Notes under the pieces: model-generated | What the model was told of the DNA's origin: nothing | The model's input: only the letters and a program-made list of their open reading frames with translations | Database searches by the model: none | Shown: piece by piece, positions 16,631 through 26,501 of the stretch | Position numbering within the stretch: the first letter of the stretch is position 1 | Layout: the number at the start of each line of letters is the position of its first letter | Translations under genes and position numbers: made by a program | NCBI GenBank assembly: GCA_044222475.1 | Contig: JBGANF010000020.1 | Span: 18,658 to 82,657 of the forward strand | From: Polyangiaceae bacterium | GTDB taxonomy: Bacteria; Myxococcota_A; Polyangia; Polyangiales; Polyangiaceae | Length of the DNA: 64,000 nucleotides | Direction: 5' to 3'

Positions 16631-19600
16631 CTATTTCTCTTTGTGCAGCGCGTCGAGGCGGGTGAGGTCCGTGAGCGGGCGTACCTCCTGGGGGAGCGGC
16701 CATATCGCGAGCTCCTCGTCGAGGCCGCTCGCGGCGCGGCTGAAGAACCGCGTGCCGTCGCCGCTCCACCCGATCGCGTTGACCGCCTCTCGATGGGCTT
16801 GCGCGACGTCGAGCAGGTGACCGGTGCGCGCGTCCCAGATCCGCGCTGCGCCGTCGTCGTGGCTGGTGAGGACGAACGCTCCGTCGGGGCTGTACACGCC
16901 GTCGGCGATGCGGCTGCGCTCGCCTTCGAGGACGAAGAGCACGGCGCCGGTCGCAACGTCCCACACGCGAGCGGTCTTCAGGTCGCTGGTGGTGAGCGCG
17001 CGTGTCCCATCGGGGGACAACCGAGCGCGCCGGTCCTCGGCGGCGGTGCCGCGGAGCGTGCCCACCGTCTCGCCGGCGGCGTCGAAGATGCGGACCATGC
17101 CGTCGTCGCAGGGGACGGCGAAGCGCCCGCCGTGACCGGTGTCGGCGCTGACCGAGGCGTCGCTGAACTTCGCCGCCTTGTGGGCGAGCGTCTTCACCAT
17201 CGCGCCGGTCTCTGCGTTCCACACGGTGAGCACCTCGCCGTCGGTGCGGGTGAGCACGCGCCGGCCCTCGTCGAAGTACGCCGCGAGCGTGACCGCGCCG
17301 GAGTGGGGGAGGAGCGCGATCGGTTCCTTCTTGTCGCGCACCCACAGGCGCACCGTCTTCTCGTCGCCGGCGGTGAGGAAGCGCTTGCCGTCGGGGGCGA
17401 ACGCGACCGCCATCACCTTGCCGCCGTGCTCGAGCGTCGTCACGAGGGCGCCGTCCTTCCCGTAGAGGCGCGCCTTGCCGTCGGCGCCGGCGGTGAGGAC
17501 GCTACCGTCGCTGGCGACGGCGGCGGCGAGCACCCCCGAGTCGCTGCCGGCCGCGTGCGTGCCGAGCGGCTGCCGGGCCTTGGTGACGACGTCCACGAGG
17601 TCGGCGCCGCTCGAGTCCCAGCTGACGAGCTTCGTACCATCGTGGGACAACACGACCCCTTCGCCGGCGTGATCGAGCGTCACGTGGGACCAGTTGCACT
17701 CCGTTCGGCGGAGGAGCACGACGCCGTCCTCCGCCGACGTGAGGAGGAGCTTGCCGTCCTTCGAGAAGTCGAGATCGGTGACGGGGGCACGGTGGCCGTC
17801 GAGTGAGGCGAGGAGGGCGCCGCTGCGCGTGTCCCAGAGGCGCGTCCGCTCGTCGTCGCCGAGCGTTGCGAGGCGCGCGCCGTCGGGCGAGAGGCGGCCG
17901 TCCCCGAGGAACACGCCCCCGTCGTGGAGCACCGTCGTGACGCGCCCCGAGTCCGCGCGGTACAGCGCGGCGCGGCCGTCGTCGCCGAAGACGACGATGC
18001 GCTTGCCGTCCGTCGTGAAGCTCGCGCCGGTGATGACGCCGGTGGCGCGGAGGCGAACGAGCTCCTTGCCGGTGGCGACGTCGAAGACGTGACCTTCGCG
18101 GCTGCACCCGCTCCACGCGACGACGCGGGTCGCCGACGGGTCGAACACGGCGTTCGCCTCGCCGCGGATCTCGAGGTGCTGTGTGTCGTCGGAGCCGCCG
18201 TCGCACCCGAGCGGCGGGAGGGCGCGCGGCGCCGGTGGATCCTTCGCGAGATCCCACAGGACGACGCCGGTGCGGGCCGACGCGGTGAGGACGAGGCTCC
18301 CCGCCGGTGCGAACGCGGCCACGATGGGGAGCTTCTCTTCGGTCGCGGCAGGCGGGTGAAGCGTCGCGCGCACCTTCCCGCTCGCGACGTCGATAACGAG
18401 CGCCTCGGAGCTCCACGTCGGGAGGAGAAGTGTCGTACCATCGTGGGACAGGCTCGGGGTGACGAGGTCCCACGGCTCGTCGAGGCCGAGGACCGTCGCG
18501 CCGCTCGTCGTGTCGTAGACGACGACCCGGCGCTTCGTCGCGCCGAGGACGCGCGCGCCGTCGCCCGAGAACGATGCGTACTGCGCGCGATCGCCGAGGT
18601 CCCACTTTCGTTTCTCGGCGCCGGTGTCGCTCGCGAAGAGCCGCAGGGTGTGATCGGTGCTCGCGGTGACGAAGCTCGCCCCGTCGGGGGCGAACGACGC
18701 GGCGGCGATCGACTCGTCGTGGGCGCGCACCTCGCGAGCGGTGGCTTCGACCGCGCGGACCGCGCGCGCGAGGAGAAACCGCAGCACTGGCCCGTCGTTG
18801 CCGCCGCCGAGCGACAGCGCGAGATCGTGGAACGCGGCGGCCGGGCGACCGAGGGTCAGCTCCTGCCGGCCCTGCTCCTCGAGGATCCGCGCGGCCGACA
18901 GGCGAGCCTCGTTTCGCTGCGCCTCGGCTTCCTTCGTGAGCTCGTCGGCGCGGACGCGCGCGTTCTTCTCGTGGATCGCGTACGCGGGGAGACCGGCGAA
19001 GACGAGGAGGACCGACAGCGCGATCAACGCCGTGAGCGGCTTGTTCCGGCGCGCCGCCATCAGCGCGACGTACGAGAGCGTCGGCGCGCGGGCGGAGATC
19101 GGCCGAGCGTGGAGGAACGCGTCGAGATCGTTCGCGACGTCCTCGGCGGAGTCGTAGCGGAGGGTGCGATCCTTCTGGAGGCACTTCTCGAGGATCGTGC
19201 AGAGGTCGGCGGGGAGCTTCGGGCCGACGTCGGCCGGGGGCGTCGGCGTCTCGTGGAGGACCTGCTGCACGAGCCGAGCCTCGGTGTCGCCGTCGAACAG
19301 CGGACGCCCGGTGAAGATCTCGTAGAACGTCGCGCCGAGCGCGTAGACGTCGACCCGCCGATCGAGATCGCCGGCGTTTCGCTGGAGCTGCTCGGGCGGC
19401 ATGTACCGAAGCGTGCCGAGGATCGAGCTCGTGTCCTTCGTGATCGATCGGCTCGCGTTGCCCATCGCGACGAGCCCGAGGTCCATGAGCACGATCCGGT
19501 GATCGGCGTTGGTGACCATCAGGTTCCCGGGCTTGAGATCGCGGTGGATCATCCCCTGGCCGTGGAGGTAGTGAACCGCGCGCGCGGCGTCGCGGAAGAG

Positions 19601-20938
19601 CCGGGCGAGCGTGCGCACCCGATCGGGCAGCTCGGCGGCGGTGCCGCGCGCGGCGGCGGCCTTCTTCGAGTCGGAGCCGGCGCTCGGGAGCGTGACGTCA
19701 GGGGGCCGGTTGCGCTCGGGCGTCCGCGCGCGCGCCGCCTCGCTCGCGGTCTGCATGGCGGAGTCGAAGTCGGGCTGGCCGCTCGATCCGGCGAACAGCG
19801 CGCGCACGAGCTCGGCGAGGTCGACGCCCTCGACGAGCTCCATGGCGTAGTACAAGCGCCCCTTGTCCTCGCCGGAGTCGAGGATCGAGACGATGTTCTT
19901 GTGATCGAGGCGGGCGAGCGCGGCGATCTCGCGTTTGAAGCGGGCGACGGCGATCGGATCGTCGGCGGCTCCGGGGTGAAGCACCTTGAGCGCGACGGTG
20001 CGACCGAGGCTCTCCTGGCGGGCGAGGTGGACGACGCCCATCCCGCCTTCCCCGAGCTTGCCGAGGAGCTGGTAGTCGCCGATGCGGTTCGGATCCGATG
20101 GCGGCGCCTCGGCGCTGGACGCGGACTTTCCGCTGTCCGCGACCTGACCGAAGGTCTTCTCGAGCTCTTCTTCGAGCGTGGGGAAGCCGGCGTCGAGCTT
20201 CTGTCCCTTCAGGATCTCGCCGCCGACGTAGTCGAGGTAGCGCGCGCTGCGGCGTCGACCGTTGAAGAAGAGGACACGCTCGCGGAGCTCGGACTCTTCG
20301 TAGAGCAACCACGGATGCACCGAGTGGAGCGCTCCGTCGCCAGAGACGTAGAGCCTCCGCGGAGCGACGTCGTCGCTGACGCGCGTGCCCTCGCGCGGGC
20401 TCGTGATGAGCGGCGCGATCCCATCGAGGTCGACGATGCGCGCCCGACGTTCTCCTCCGGGCCGGAGCTCGACCGACTCGACGTAGACGAGCTTCTTTCC
20501 CTTCTCGAGGAACACGCCCGACTCCCACGCGGCCTCGATCGACTCGAGGAGGATGTCGGCCGCGGGGTCGTAGTAGTCGCCGGTCTTCGTCGAGCCGTGA
20601 CCTTGGACCTCGTTGCGGTAGCTCGGCAGGTGCTCGAGGATCTTCTTCGCGCTGACCGTCTTCGGGAGCTGCGTGTCCTCGATCTTGGCGCTCGCGAACA
20701 GCACCGCGACCTTCCGCAGCGCCACCGCATCGATCGCCGTGCCCGACGGCTTCATGCACTTCACCCACGTCCCGGTCGACGGATCCGACAGGACGCTCGG
20801 GTCGGCCGGCGGCGTGGCCGCGACCGCGATTCGCACCGAGGCCTCCCACGCGTAGAACGCGGTGTCGTGGCGCTCCTTCGGGCCCTTCGCGTTTCGTGCG
20901 CGGCGCACGAGGTGTGCGATCGGGAACGGGATCGCCAT
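16631..20938 (-). CDS. Multidomain protein: HEPN-like N-terminus, Ser/Thr kinase, TM, WD40 repeats
   Basis: RNEVQGH motif; GEGGMG, HRDLKPGN, DLG, GTLRYMPPE; one TM; many FSPDG/WD-type repeats. Confidence 0.9.
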   Translation of the reverse strand: MAIPFPIAHLVRRARNAKGPKERHDTAFYAWEASVRIAVAATPPADPSVLSDPSTGTWVKCMKPSGTAIDAVALRKVAVLFASAKIEDTQLPKTVSAKKILEHLPSYRNEVQGHGSTKTGDYYDPAADILLESIEAAWESGVFLEKGKKLVYVESVELRPGGERRARIVDLDGIAPLITSPREGTRVSDDVAPRRLYVSGDGALHSVHPWLLYEESELRERVLFFNGRRRSARYLDYVGGEILKGQKLDAGFPTLEEELEKTFGQVADSGKSASSAEAPPSDPNRIGDYQLLGKLGEGGMGVVHLARQESLGRTVALKVLHPGAADDPIAVARFKREIAALARLDHKNIVSILDSGEDKGRLYYAMELVEGVDLAELVRALFAGSSGQPDFDSAMQTASEAARARTPERNRPPDVTLPSAGSDSKKAAAARGTAAELPDRVRTLARLFRDAARAVHYLHGQGMIHRDLKPGNLMVTNADHRIVLMDLGLVAMGNASRSITKDTSSILGTLRYMPPEQLQRNAGDLDRRVDVYALGATFYEIFTGRPLFDGDTEARLVQQVLHETPTPPADVGPKLPADLCTILEKCLQKDRTLRYDSAEDVANDLDAFLHARPISARAPTLSYVALMAARRNKPLTALIALSVLLVFAGLPAYAIHEKNARVRADELTKEAEAQRNEARLSAARILEEQGRQELTLGRPAAAFHDLALSLGGGNDGPVLRFLLARAVRAVEATAREVRAHDESIAAASFAPDGASFVTASTDHTLRLFASDTGAEKRKWDLGDRAQYASFSGDGARVLGATKRRVVVYDTTSGATVLGLDEPWDLVTPSLSHDGTTLLLPTWSSEALVIDVASGKVRATLHPPAATEEKLPIVAAFAPAGSLVLTASARTGVVLWDLAKDPPAPRALPPLGCDGGSDDTQHLEIRGEANAVFDPSATRVVAWSGCSREGHVFDVATGKELVRLRATGVITGASFTTDGKRIVVFGDDGRAALYRADSGRVTTVLHDGGVFLGDGRLSPDGARLATLGDDERTRLWDTRSGALLASLDGHRAPVTDLDFSKDGKLLLTSAEDGVVLLRRTECNWSHVTLDHAGEGVVLSHDGTKLVSWDSSGADLVDVVTKARQPLGTHAAGSDSGVLAAAVASDGSVLTAGADGKARLYGKDGALVTTLEHGGKVMAVAFAPDGKRFLTAGDEKTVRLWVRDKKEPIALLPHSGAVTLAAYFDEGRRVLTRTDGEVLTVWNAETGAMVKTLAHKAAKFSDASVSADTGHGGRFAVPCDDGMVRIFDAAGETVGTLRGTAAEDRRARLSPDGTRALTTSDLKTARVWDVATGAVLFVLEGERSRIADGVYSPDGAFVLTSHDDGAARIWDARTGHLLDVAQAHREAVNAIGWSGDGTRFFSRAASGLDEELAIWPLPQEVRPLTDLTRLDALHKEK

Positions 20939-20957
20939 CAGTGAACCAGGGTGCGGG

Positions 20958-22739
20958 TCAAGGTGCGGGCTTGAGGATCGCGCCTTCGAGCGCGCTCGCG
21001 ATGAGGTCGAGGGCACGGAGATCCATCACGCCGTAGACGTCCTTCTCCGGAGCTTCGGGGTCGGGCGGACCGGCGGACGAGAGGCCAGGGTGCGCCGACT
21101 TGTACTCGGTGAGGAACGTCTTCGGCGGCGGCACCTCGAGGCGGATGCGCATCGGCGTCGCGTCACCCGGGACGCTGAAGATGGCTTCGCCGCTGACGTA
21201 GACGCCCGCGAACGCACGCTTGAGCGCTGCGCTCGAGTACGCCGCACCGAGCCAGCCGAAGCGGTAGCGGACGACGACGAGAGGAGATTTCGCAGCGAGC
21301 GCTTGGGTCGCCGCCTCGTCGCCATCGGGTCCGACCGCGATCGCGGCGAGATCCGGCGCGAAGATCTTCCGGAGCGCGCTCTCGAACGACTTCGCGACGT
21401 CGGTCTCCTTGGGTTGCGGCGCGTTCTCGTCGAACCACTTGGTGACCTGCTTCGGGCCGAGGGTCTTGTTGAGCGGCGCGGCGCCGATCAGCTTGTCGGC
21501 TTGGGCGAGGGCGGGCGAGACCTCGCGACGGAAGACGATCGTCACGGTCGGGCCGTGCGCCTCGAGCCACGCGCGGAGCTTGTCGACGAAGCCCTTTGCC
21601 GCCGGGTCGTCGGCCTTGCCCACCTTGCCGAAGGTCGTCGCGCTCTTGGCGTAGAGGTCGTGGCGTGCGGCCTTGAGCTCGGCGTCGAGGTGGTGGTCGG
21701 GGTATGCCTTGACGAACTCGTCGAGGGCGGCGAGCGACGACTTGGCCTTCGCCTTGTCGAGCTCGCGGAGGAACGCGTCGCGCAGCGCAGCGCTCGCCTC
21801 GGCGTCGACCGCCGACTTCGGGTGAGCGTCTTGAAACGCCCGGATCGCCTCGACGGTCTGCGCCTTCTTCGCGACCTCGAGCTCGGCGCGCGGGAGGAGC
21901 GTCGTCCGCACCTCCTCCTCGTGGCCGGTACCGTGCACGAGGTACGCCTTGTAGGCCTCGGGCGTCTTCGCGGCGTCGGCCTTGTGGAACATCGATCGGT
22001 CGCTGAGCGCGTTCCGCGTCGCCCACAGCGCGGGGGCCAGCAAGAGCGCGACCGCGAGGGCGATGAACGCGTCGTTGCGGAGGAAGCCGGGCGTCTGGTC
22101 CTTGAGCGAGCTCGTCGGGCCGATCGGGCTCGTCCAGCTCTTGCGCGACTCGTGGAAGGGATCGAGCGTGGTCAGCTCGCCGTCGTCGCCGCTCTTCACG
22201 GCGTGCTCGACCTGCTGGCGCGCCACGTCGAGGCGGAAATTGGCGTCTTCCGCGCCGCCGCTGATGGGGAACGTGTACGTCGGCCCGGACTTGAACGAGA
22301 GGCGGAGGGGAGCGCCGCCCGTCGCCTTGGCGACGTCCTTGAGGTCCTGCATCGAGTGGATCACGAGCGCGGCGGAGCGCGCATCGACGACGCACATCGG
22401 AAAGACGTAGATGCCGGGTTTCCACGGGAGCTTCTTGGCCAAGATCCGCGCGCGGAGGGCGCGCAGGACCCCGAACGGGACCGCGAACAAGAGCCCCAGG
22501 TACACGACCAGGAACACGACGCCGTGCTTCGCGAGCCCGCTCTCGAGCGATCCGTAGCCGATGACGAGCAGGATCAGGAACGTGACCCCGGAGACCGCGG
22601 AGATCACCGCGAACCGCATGCTCCGAGCCTCGTCGCCGAGCACCTGGACGATCGGCGCGGGCGGCGACGCGCCCCGGGCGCTCTCCAAGAAGCGCTCCTG
22701 GGTCGGTCGTGGCAGTTTGAAGAAATCGAGCTTCCGCAT
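20958..22739 (-). CDS. Hypothetical membrane protein
   Basis: Three TM segments followed by helical repeats (YKAYL, IRAFQDAHP, LDEFVKAYP). Confidence 0.7.
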   Translation of the reverse strand: MRKLDFFKLPRPTQERFLESARGASPPAPIVQVLGDEARSMRFAVISAVSGVTFLILLVIGYGSLESGLAKHGVVFLVVYLGLLFAVPFGVLRALRARILAKKLPWKPGIYVFPMCVVDARSAALVIHSMQDLKDVAKATGGAPLRLSFKSGPTYTFPISGGAEDANFRLDVARQQVEHAVKSGDDGELTTLDPFHESRKSWTSPIGPTSSLKDQTPGFLRNDAFIALAVALLLAPALWATRNALSDRSMFHKADAAKTPEAYKAYLVHGTGHEEEVRTTLLPRAELEVAKKAQTVEAIRAFQDAHPKSAVDAEASAALRDAFLRELDKAKAKSSLAALDEFVKAYPDHHLDAELKAARHDLYAKSATTFGKVGKADDPAAKGFVDKLRAWLEAHGPTVTIVFRREVSPALAQADKLIGAAPLNKTLGPKQVTKWFDENAPQPKETDVAKSFESALRKIFAPDLAAIAVGPDGDEAATQALAAKSPLVVVRYRFGWLGAAYSSAALKRAFAGVYVSGEAIFSVPGDATPMRIRLEVPPPKTFLTEYKSAHPGLSSAGPPDPEAPEKDVYGVMDLRALDLIASALEGAILKPAP

Positions 22740-22830
22740 GGACGGCGTCGTGGGACCGCGTACGGGCGTCCGGGCGGTACCTACTGTACCCCTGGCGGAA
22801 GGGGGGCGTTCTAGCTTTTTTCGGGGGGGC

Positions 22831-23568
22831 TCAGGCTTGGCCCCTCGCCAGAGAGAGGGCGAGAACGTGCACGCGTTCCTCCAAAAGACGCACGACCGCG
22901 CGGTCGTTCGCGGGCCTCTTGGAGCGTAGGAACCGATCGTCGTAGGGTGCGGTCGAGCGGGTGCGCAGGACCTCGACGAAGCGCTCGAAGTTCTCCGTCG
23001 CGGTGCGGCCGATGCCGCCGGGGAGCGACCCGTAGTCGACTCCGTTCTCCGAGGCGATCCAGGCCGGACCGCCGCGGCGGAAGACACAGACGAACTGCTC
23101 CCGGCCCTCGTGGCGCTCGGTGTGCTCCTTGGTCACCTTCTTCGACAGGATGACGCCACCGGTCGCGATGGCCATCCCGACCGCCATCTCGCGCTTCGTC
23201 TCTTTGCGGGTCGTCTGCCAGGTCTTGCGGACGGTGAAGCGAACGATGGCGACGACGTCGCTCCACGCCAGCACATCGTCGCCGGAGCGGAGGCCGTCTC
23301 CGTCGGCGCTGATGCCGTCGATCTCGGTCATGTCGGAGAACGCCGCGACCCGCGCGGCCTCGCAGGCGACGACGCCGTGACCGCGGCCGCGGAGCGTCGC
23401 CAAGAGGGCGACCGCACGTTCGCGGTCGGGCGTGCGGAGGACGATGCACGGCGGATCGTCGGCGAGCAGCAGGCGCACCTCGTACGCGGTCTGTCCGACA
23501 TCCGCCGCGAGAGCGGTGGCTTCCTGCTCGATCGAAGTGGCGAGCGACGTCAGCGCGACGAGGAACAC
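22831..23568 (-). CDS. Hypothetical protein
   Basis: ORF of plausible composition, in line with flanking minus-strand genes. Confidence 0.65.
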   Translation of the reverse strand: MFLVALTSLATSIEQEATALAADVGQTAYEVRLLLADDPPCIVLRTPDRERAVALLATLRGRGHGVVACEAARVAAFSDMTEIDGISADGDGLRSGDDVLAWSDVVAIVRFTVRKTWQTTRKETKREMAVGMAIATGGVILSKKVTKEHTERHEGREQFVCVFRRGGPAWIASENGVDYGSLPGGIGRTATENFERFVEVLRTRSTAPYDDRFLRSKRPANDRAVVRLLEERVHVLALSLARGQA

Positions 23569-23575
23569 GGTGCGT

Positions 23576-25735
23576 TCAGAGTATCTTGAACTTGGGGCTC
23601 TGACCCAGGACGTGGACCGTGATCTTGCCGTCCGTGTCGACGTCGAAGATTTCGTCCGCGGAGAGGGGCCCGACGCTCTGCTTGAGCTTGGCCTTGACCG
23701 AGAGGTTTCCCCCCATCGTGTATTGCGCCCACACGTCGAACTTTCCGCCGAGGTTGATGACGGGGATCGTCGCGTCGACGGCGACCAAGTTCGATTTGAT
23801 CGTGCGCGGGGACTTGAGCGTTTCGTCGAAGCTCCACGTCCGGCCGGACCTGCTCACGCTTCCCTTGAAGCGCACGCCGCTCGTGCCGACCGTGAGCGAC
23901 GAGCTCGCGACCGGAACGTCGTCGAGGACCATCCCCACTCCGCCGGTGAGCGAGAAGCTGGCGCCGCTGCCGAACGTGCCGGTCAACGTGGCCGGCGACG
24001 CGCCGAACTTCAGCCTGCCGGAGACGGCGACTTGCTTCTTTCCGATGTCGAGCTGACCGCGGAACTGCTGGAGATCGAAATCGAAGAGCTTCGCGTCGCT
24101 GAAGTCGAACACGACCTGGTTCGACCCCGCTCCGAAGCGACCGTAGGCGTAGGCGTCACCCGAGAACTCGGTGCCGAACGTCGCTCCGATGGACTTGAAG
24201 GGGGTGAGCACCGGGATCTTCGCGGCGAGGTTCATCTGCGCGAGCGGCACGTCGTAGAGCACCGCGGCGTTGCCGAGGGCGATCGAGAAATTGCCCACGT
24301 TCAGCGACGCGTCGCCTTCGAGCCCGGCGCGCGCCTTGGAGAGGTCCCTGAACGACACGCTGTTCTGGACCGTCGAGTCGGGATCGAGCGCCATCATTCC
24401 GTTGAACGAGATCTGCGGGAGCGCGGCGAAGGTGATCGCGCCGCCGAGGAGGAGGGCCGAGTCGATCGTCGCGTCGACGGTGGAGAGAGCGGCACCGGCG
24501 GTGGGAAGCGGTTTCGTCGGATCGAGGATCTTCAGCGACAGCGTGTGCGGCAGGGGCCGCGTCGCGAACCACCCGAGCGTGCACGACGTGATCTCGGCGA
24601 TGGACGTGGGTGGTCCATCCTTCACCTTCGGCGGGCCGACGATCGGGATGCTGCAGTCGCCGGAGAGGTAGATGCTCGGACCGTACGTCTCGAAGCCGAG
24701 AAAGACCTCGCCCGAGCGGCCAGCGGGAACGCTCGCGGTGATGCCCGCGATCGCGATCGAGAACCCTGCGTTGACGACGGTGTGCGCGTAGAAGGCCGAG
24801 GGCTGGAGGACGTACGGCCGACCGCCGATCGAATACTGATAGCCCTTGCCGAGCACTGACGTGATGCCGCGACCGGTGCCGACCGCGACCGATCCGCTCG
24901 GGAGGTTCACGTCGACGACTTCGGTGCCGATGGGGAGCTTCGACGTGAGCGCTGCGTTGCCGACGACCGCGAACTCCTTCGACGCGTTGATGCCGACGTT
25001 TCCGGTCAAGCCGAGCGTCGCGGCGCCGGTAGGAAGCTTTCCGACGGTGATCGCTCCCGATGCATTGTAGGTCGGGGCCGTTCCGGTCCACGTCCCGTTG
25101 ACGCACGGGCCGAAGTCGCTCGCGCACAACGGAGCGTTCGGCGTGTTGGTCGTCGGTGGCGTGATCGGTTTGCCGGTGACGGCCGTCGTCCATTTCTGGA
25201 TGGGAAGCTCGTCGCAGCGGAAGAGAATGCCTTCGGATCCGGCTGCGCCGCTGTTGCCCTTGAAGTCCAAGCAGAGCGGCGTCGGCAGCATCATGACGCC
25301 GCCGCCGGCGGCCACCATGACCATGCCCTGACGGTTCTGGAATTGGAGCGCACCGTTTCGCTTCTTCCAGTACTGATCGGGTTTCTTCTCGCAGGCGTAG
25401 AGGATGAGCGGATCGCGCTCTTGGGCGTCGTAGCCCTTCACGTCGAGGCAGAGCCCGTTCTTCTCGTTGACGATCTCGAAGTAGTCGGGCTCGTCGGGCA
25501 CCTTTCGGAAGGCCCAGCGCTGATCCGGCTTGCCGTCGCACGGTCCCAGCTGGACGACGGCGCGCGACTCGCCTTGGTCGCCGAGGGGATCGAGACACAA
25601 GCCCGACTTCGCGTTGACGAGGGCCTCCGAGGCGATCGCTCGAGGCGGGTCGGCGCTGGCGTTCGGCTCGAACGCGGCGGCGGCGGCGAGGCTCACGAGG
25701 GAGACGAGGGGGCGAGTGAACGATCGGATCTTCAT
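23576..25735 (-). CDS. Secreted ricin-B (beta-trefoil) lectin domain protein with long beta-rich C-terminus
   Basis: Signal peptide and three CLD...QxW repeats (QRW, QYW, QKW). Confidence 0.8.
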   Translation of the reverse strand: MKIRSFTRPLVSLVSLAAAAAFEPNASADPPRAIASEALVNAKSGLCLDPLGDQGESRAVVQLGPCDGKPDQRWAFRKVPDEPDYFEIVNEKNGLCLDVKGYDAQERDPLILYACEKKPDQYWKKRNGALQFQNRQGMVMVAAGGGVMMLPTPLCLDFKGNSGAAGSEGILFRCDELPIQKWTTAVTGKPITPPTTNTPNAPLCASDFGPCVNGTWTGTAPTYNASGAITVGKLPTGAATLGLTGNVGINASKEFAVVGNAALTSKLPIGTEVVDVNLPSGSVAVGTGRGITSVLGKGYQYSIGGRPYVLQPSAFYAHTVVNAGFSIAIAGITASVPAGRSGEVFLGFETYGPSIYLSGDCSIPIVGPPKVKDGPPTSIAEITSCTLGWFATRPLPHTLSLKILDPTKPLPTAGAALSTVDATIDSALLLGGAITFAALPQISFNGMMALDPDSTVQNSVSFRDLSKARAGLEGDASLNVGNFSIALGNAAVLYDVPLAQMNLAAKIPVLTPFKSIGATFGTEFSGDAYAYGRFGAGSNQVVFDFSDAKLFDFDLQQFRGQLDIGKKQVAVSGRLKFGASPATLTGTFGSGASFSLTGGVGMVLDDVPVASSSLTVGTSGVRFKGSVSRSGRTWSFDETLKSPRTIKSNLVAVDATIPVINLGGKFDVWAQYTMGGNLSVKAKLKQSVGPLSADEIFDVDTDGKITVHVLGQSPKFKIL

Positions 25736-25811
25736 GGGGTTTCGTGCTCGGGGCAAAAGATCCCACACGGTACACCACCCGATCGTGATCATGCTAACGA
25801 TCTCGCCCGCC

Positions 25812-26243
25812 ATGCAGACGCCGTTCTCGTCCGTTCAGCACGTCTACTTCGACGATCTGGACGCGCTCAACATCCTCCACAACGTGCGCTTCGTCCTCTT
25901 CATGGAGCGCGCCCGCGGAGAGCTCTTCAACGCGCTCGGCTTCCACTGGCAGGACGACATCGGGAAGAACCCGGACAAGTTCCACGTCGTCGCGTCTCAC
26001 GACGTTCGGTACCTCGCGCCCGTGAAAGGCGAGGGCGACTTGATCGTCCTCGTCGAGATCCCCCACCTCGGGACGTCGAGCCTGATCCTCGAGACCGTCG
26101 TCCAGTCGATGGATGGTCGGACGGTGTACGCCAAGGGCACGACGCGCCTCGTCCGCCTCGACCCCGAGACGTTCCGACCGGCGTCGTGGTCGGAGAAGTT
26201 CCGCGCCGCGCTCGGGCCGATCGTGCGAAAGCCGGCGCCCTGA
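25812..26243 (+). CDS. Acyl-CoA thioesterase (4HBT hotdog family)
   Basis: YFDDLDALNILHN..F.LFMERAR, YLAP, GTSS. Confidence 0.85.
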   Translation: MQTPFSSVQHVYFDDLDALNILHNVRFVLFMERARGELFNALGFHWQDDIGKNPDKFHVVASHDVRYLAPVKGEGDLIVLVEIPHLGTSSLILETVVQSMDGRTVYAKGTTRLVRLDPETFRPASWSEKFRAALGPIVRKPAP

Positions 26244-26431
26244 TGAGGTGGCTCGCGCTCGCGTTGGTGCTCGCGGGGTGCCCCGAGAAAGGGTCGCCCG
26301 CGAAAGCGGACGCGGCGGCGTGCACGAAGGTCGGCCAGAGCTGCGAGTACGCCCCGGGGAAGCTGGGCAGCTGCGTGCAGCAGGACGACTGCGCGACGCC
26401 TCCCTGCCTGGTCTGCCAGTCGCAGCACTAG
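26243..26431 (+). CDS. Small Cys-rich lipoprotein
   Basis: MRWLALALVLAGC lipobox and 6 further Cys. TGATG coupling to the upstream gene. Confidence 0.7.
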   Translation: MRWLALALVLAGCPEKGSPAKADAAACTKVGQSCEYAPGKLGSCVQQDDCATPPCLVCQSQH

Positions 26432-26501
26432 CCGCGACCGTTCAGCCTTCGATTCGAGCCGTTCACCGAGTCGCCGCCAAAGACGCAGCGCTTCCGCGCG
26501 T

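Noticed and set aside
17924..20944. 1006-aa plus-strand ORF and other long overlapping ORFs
   Set aside because: They are antisense or alternate-frame shadows of clearly motif-bearing genes.
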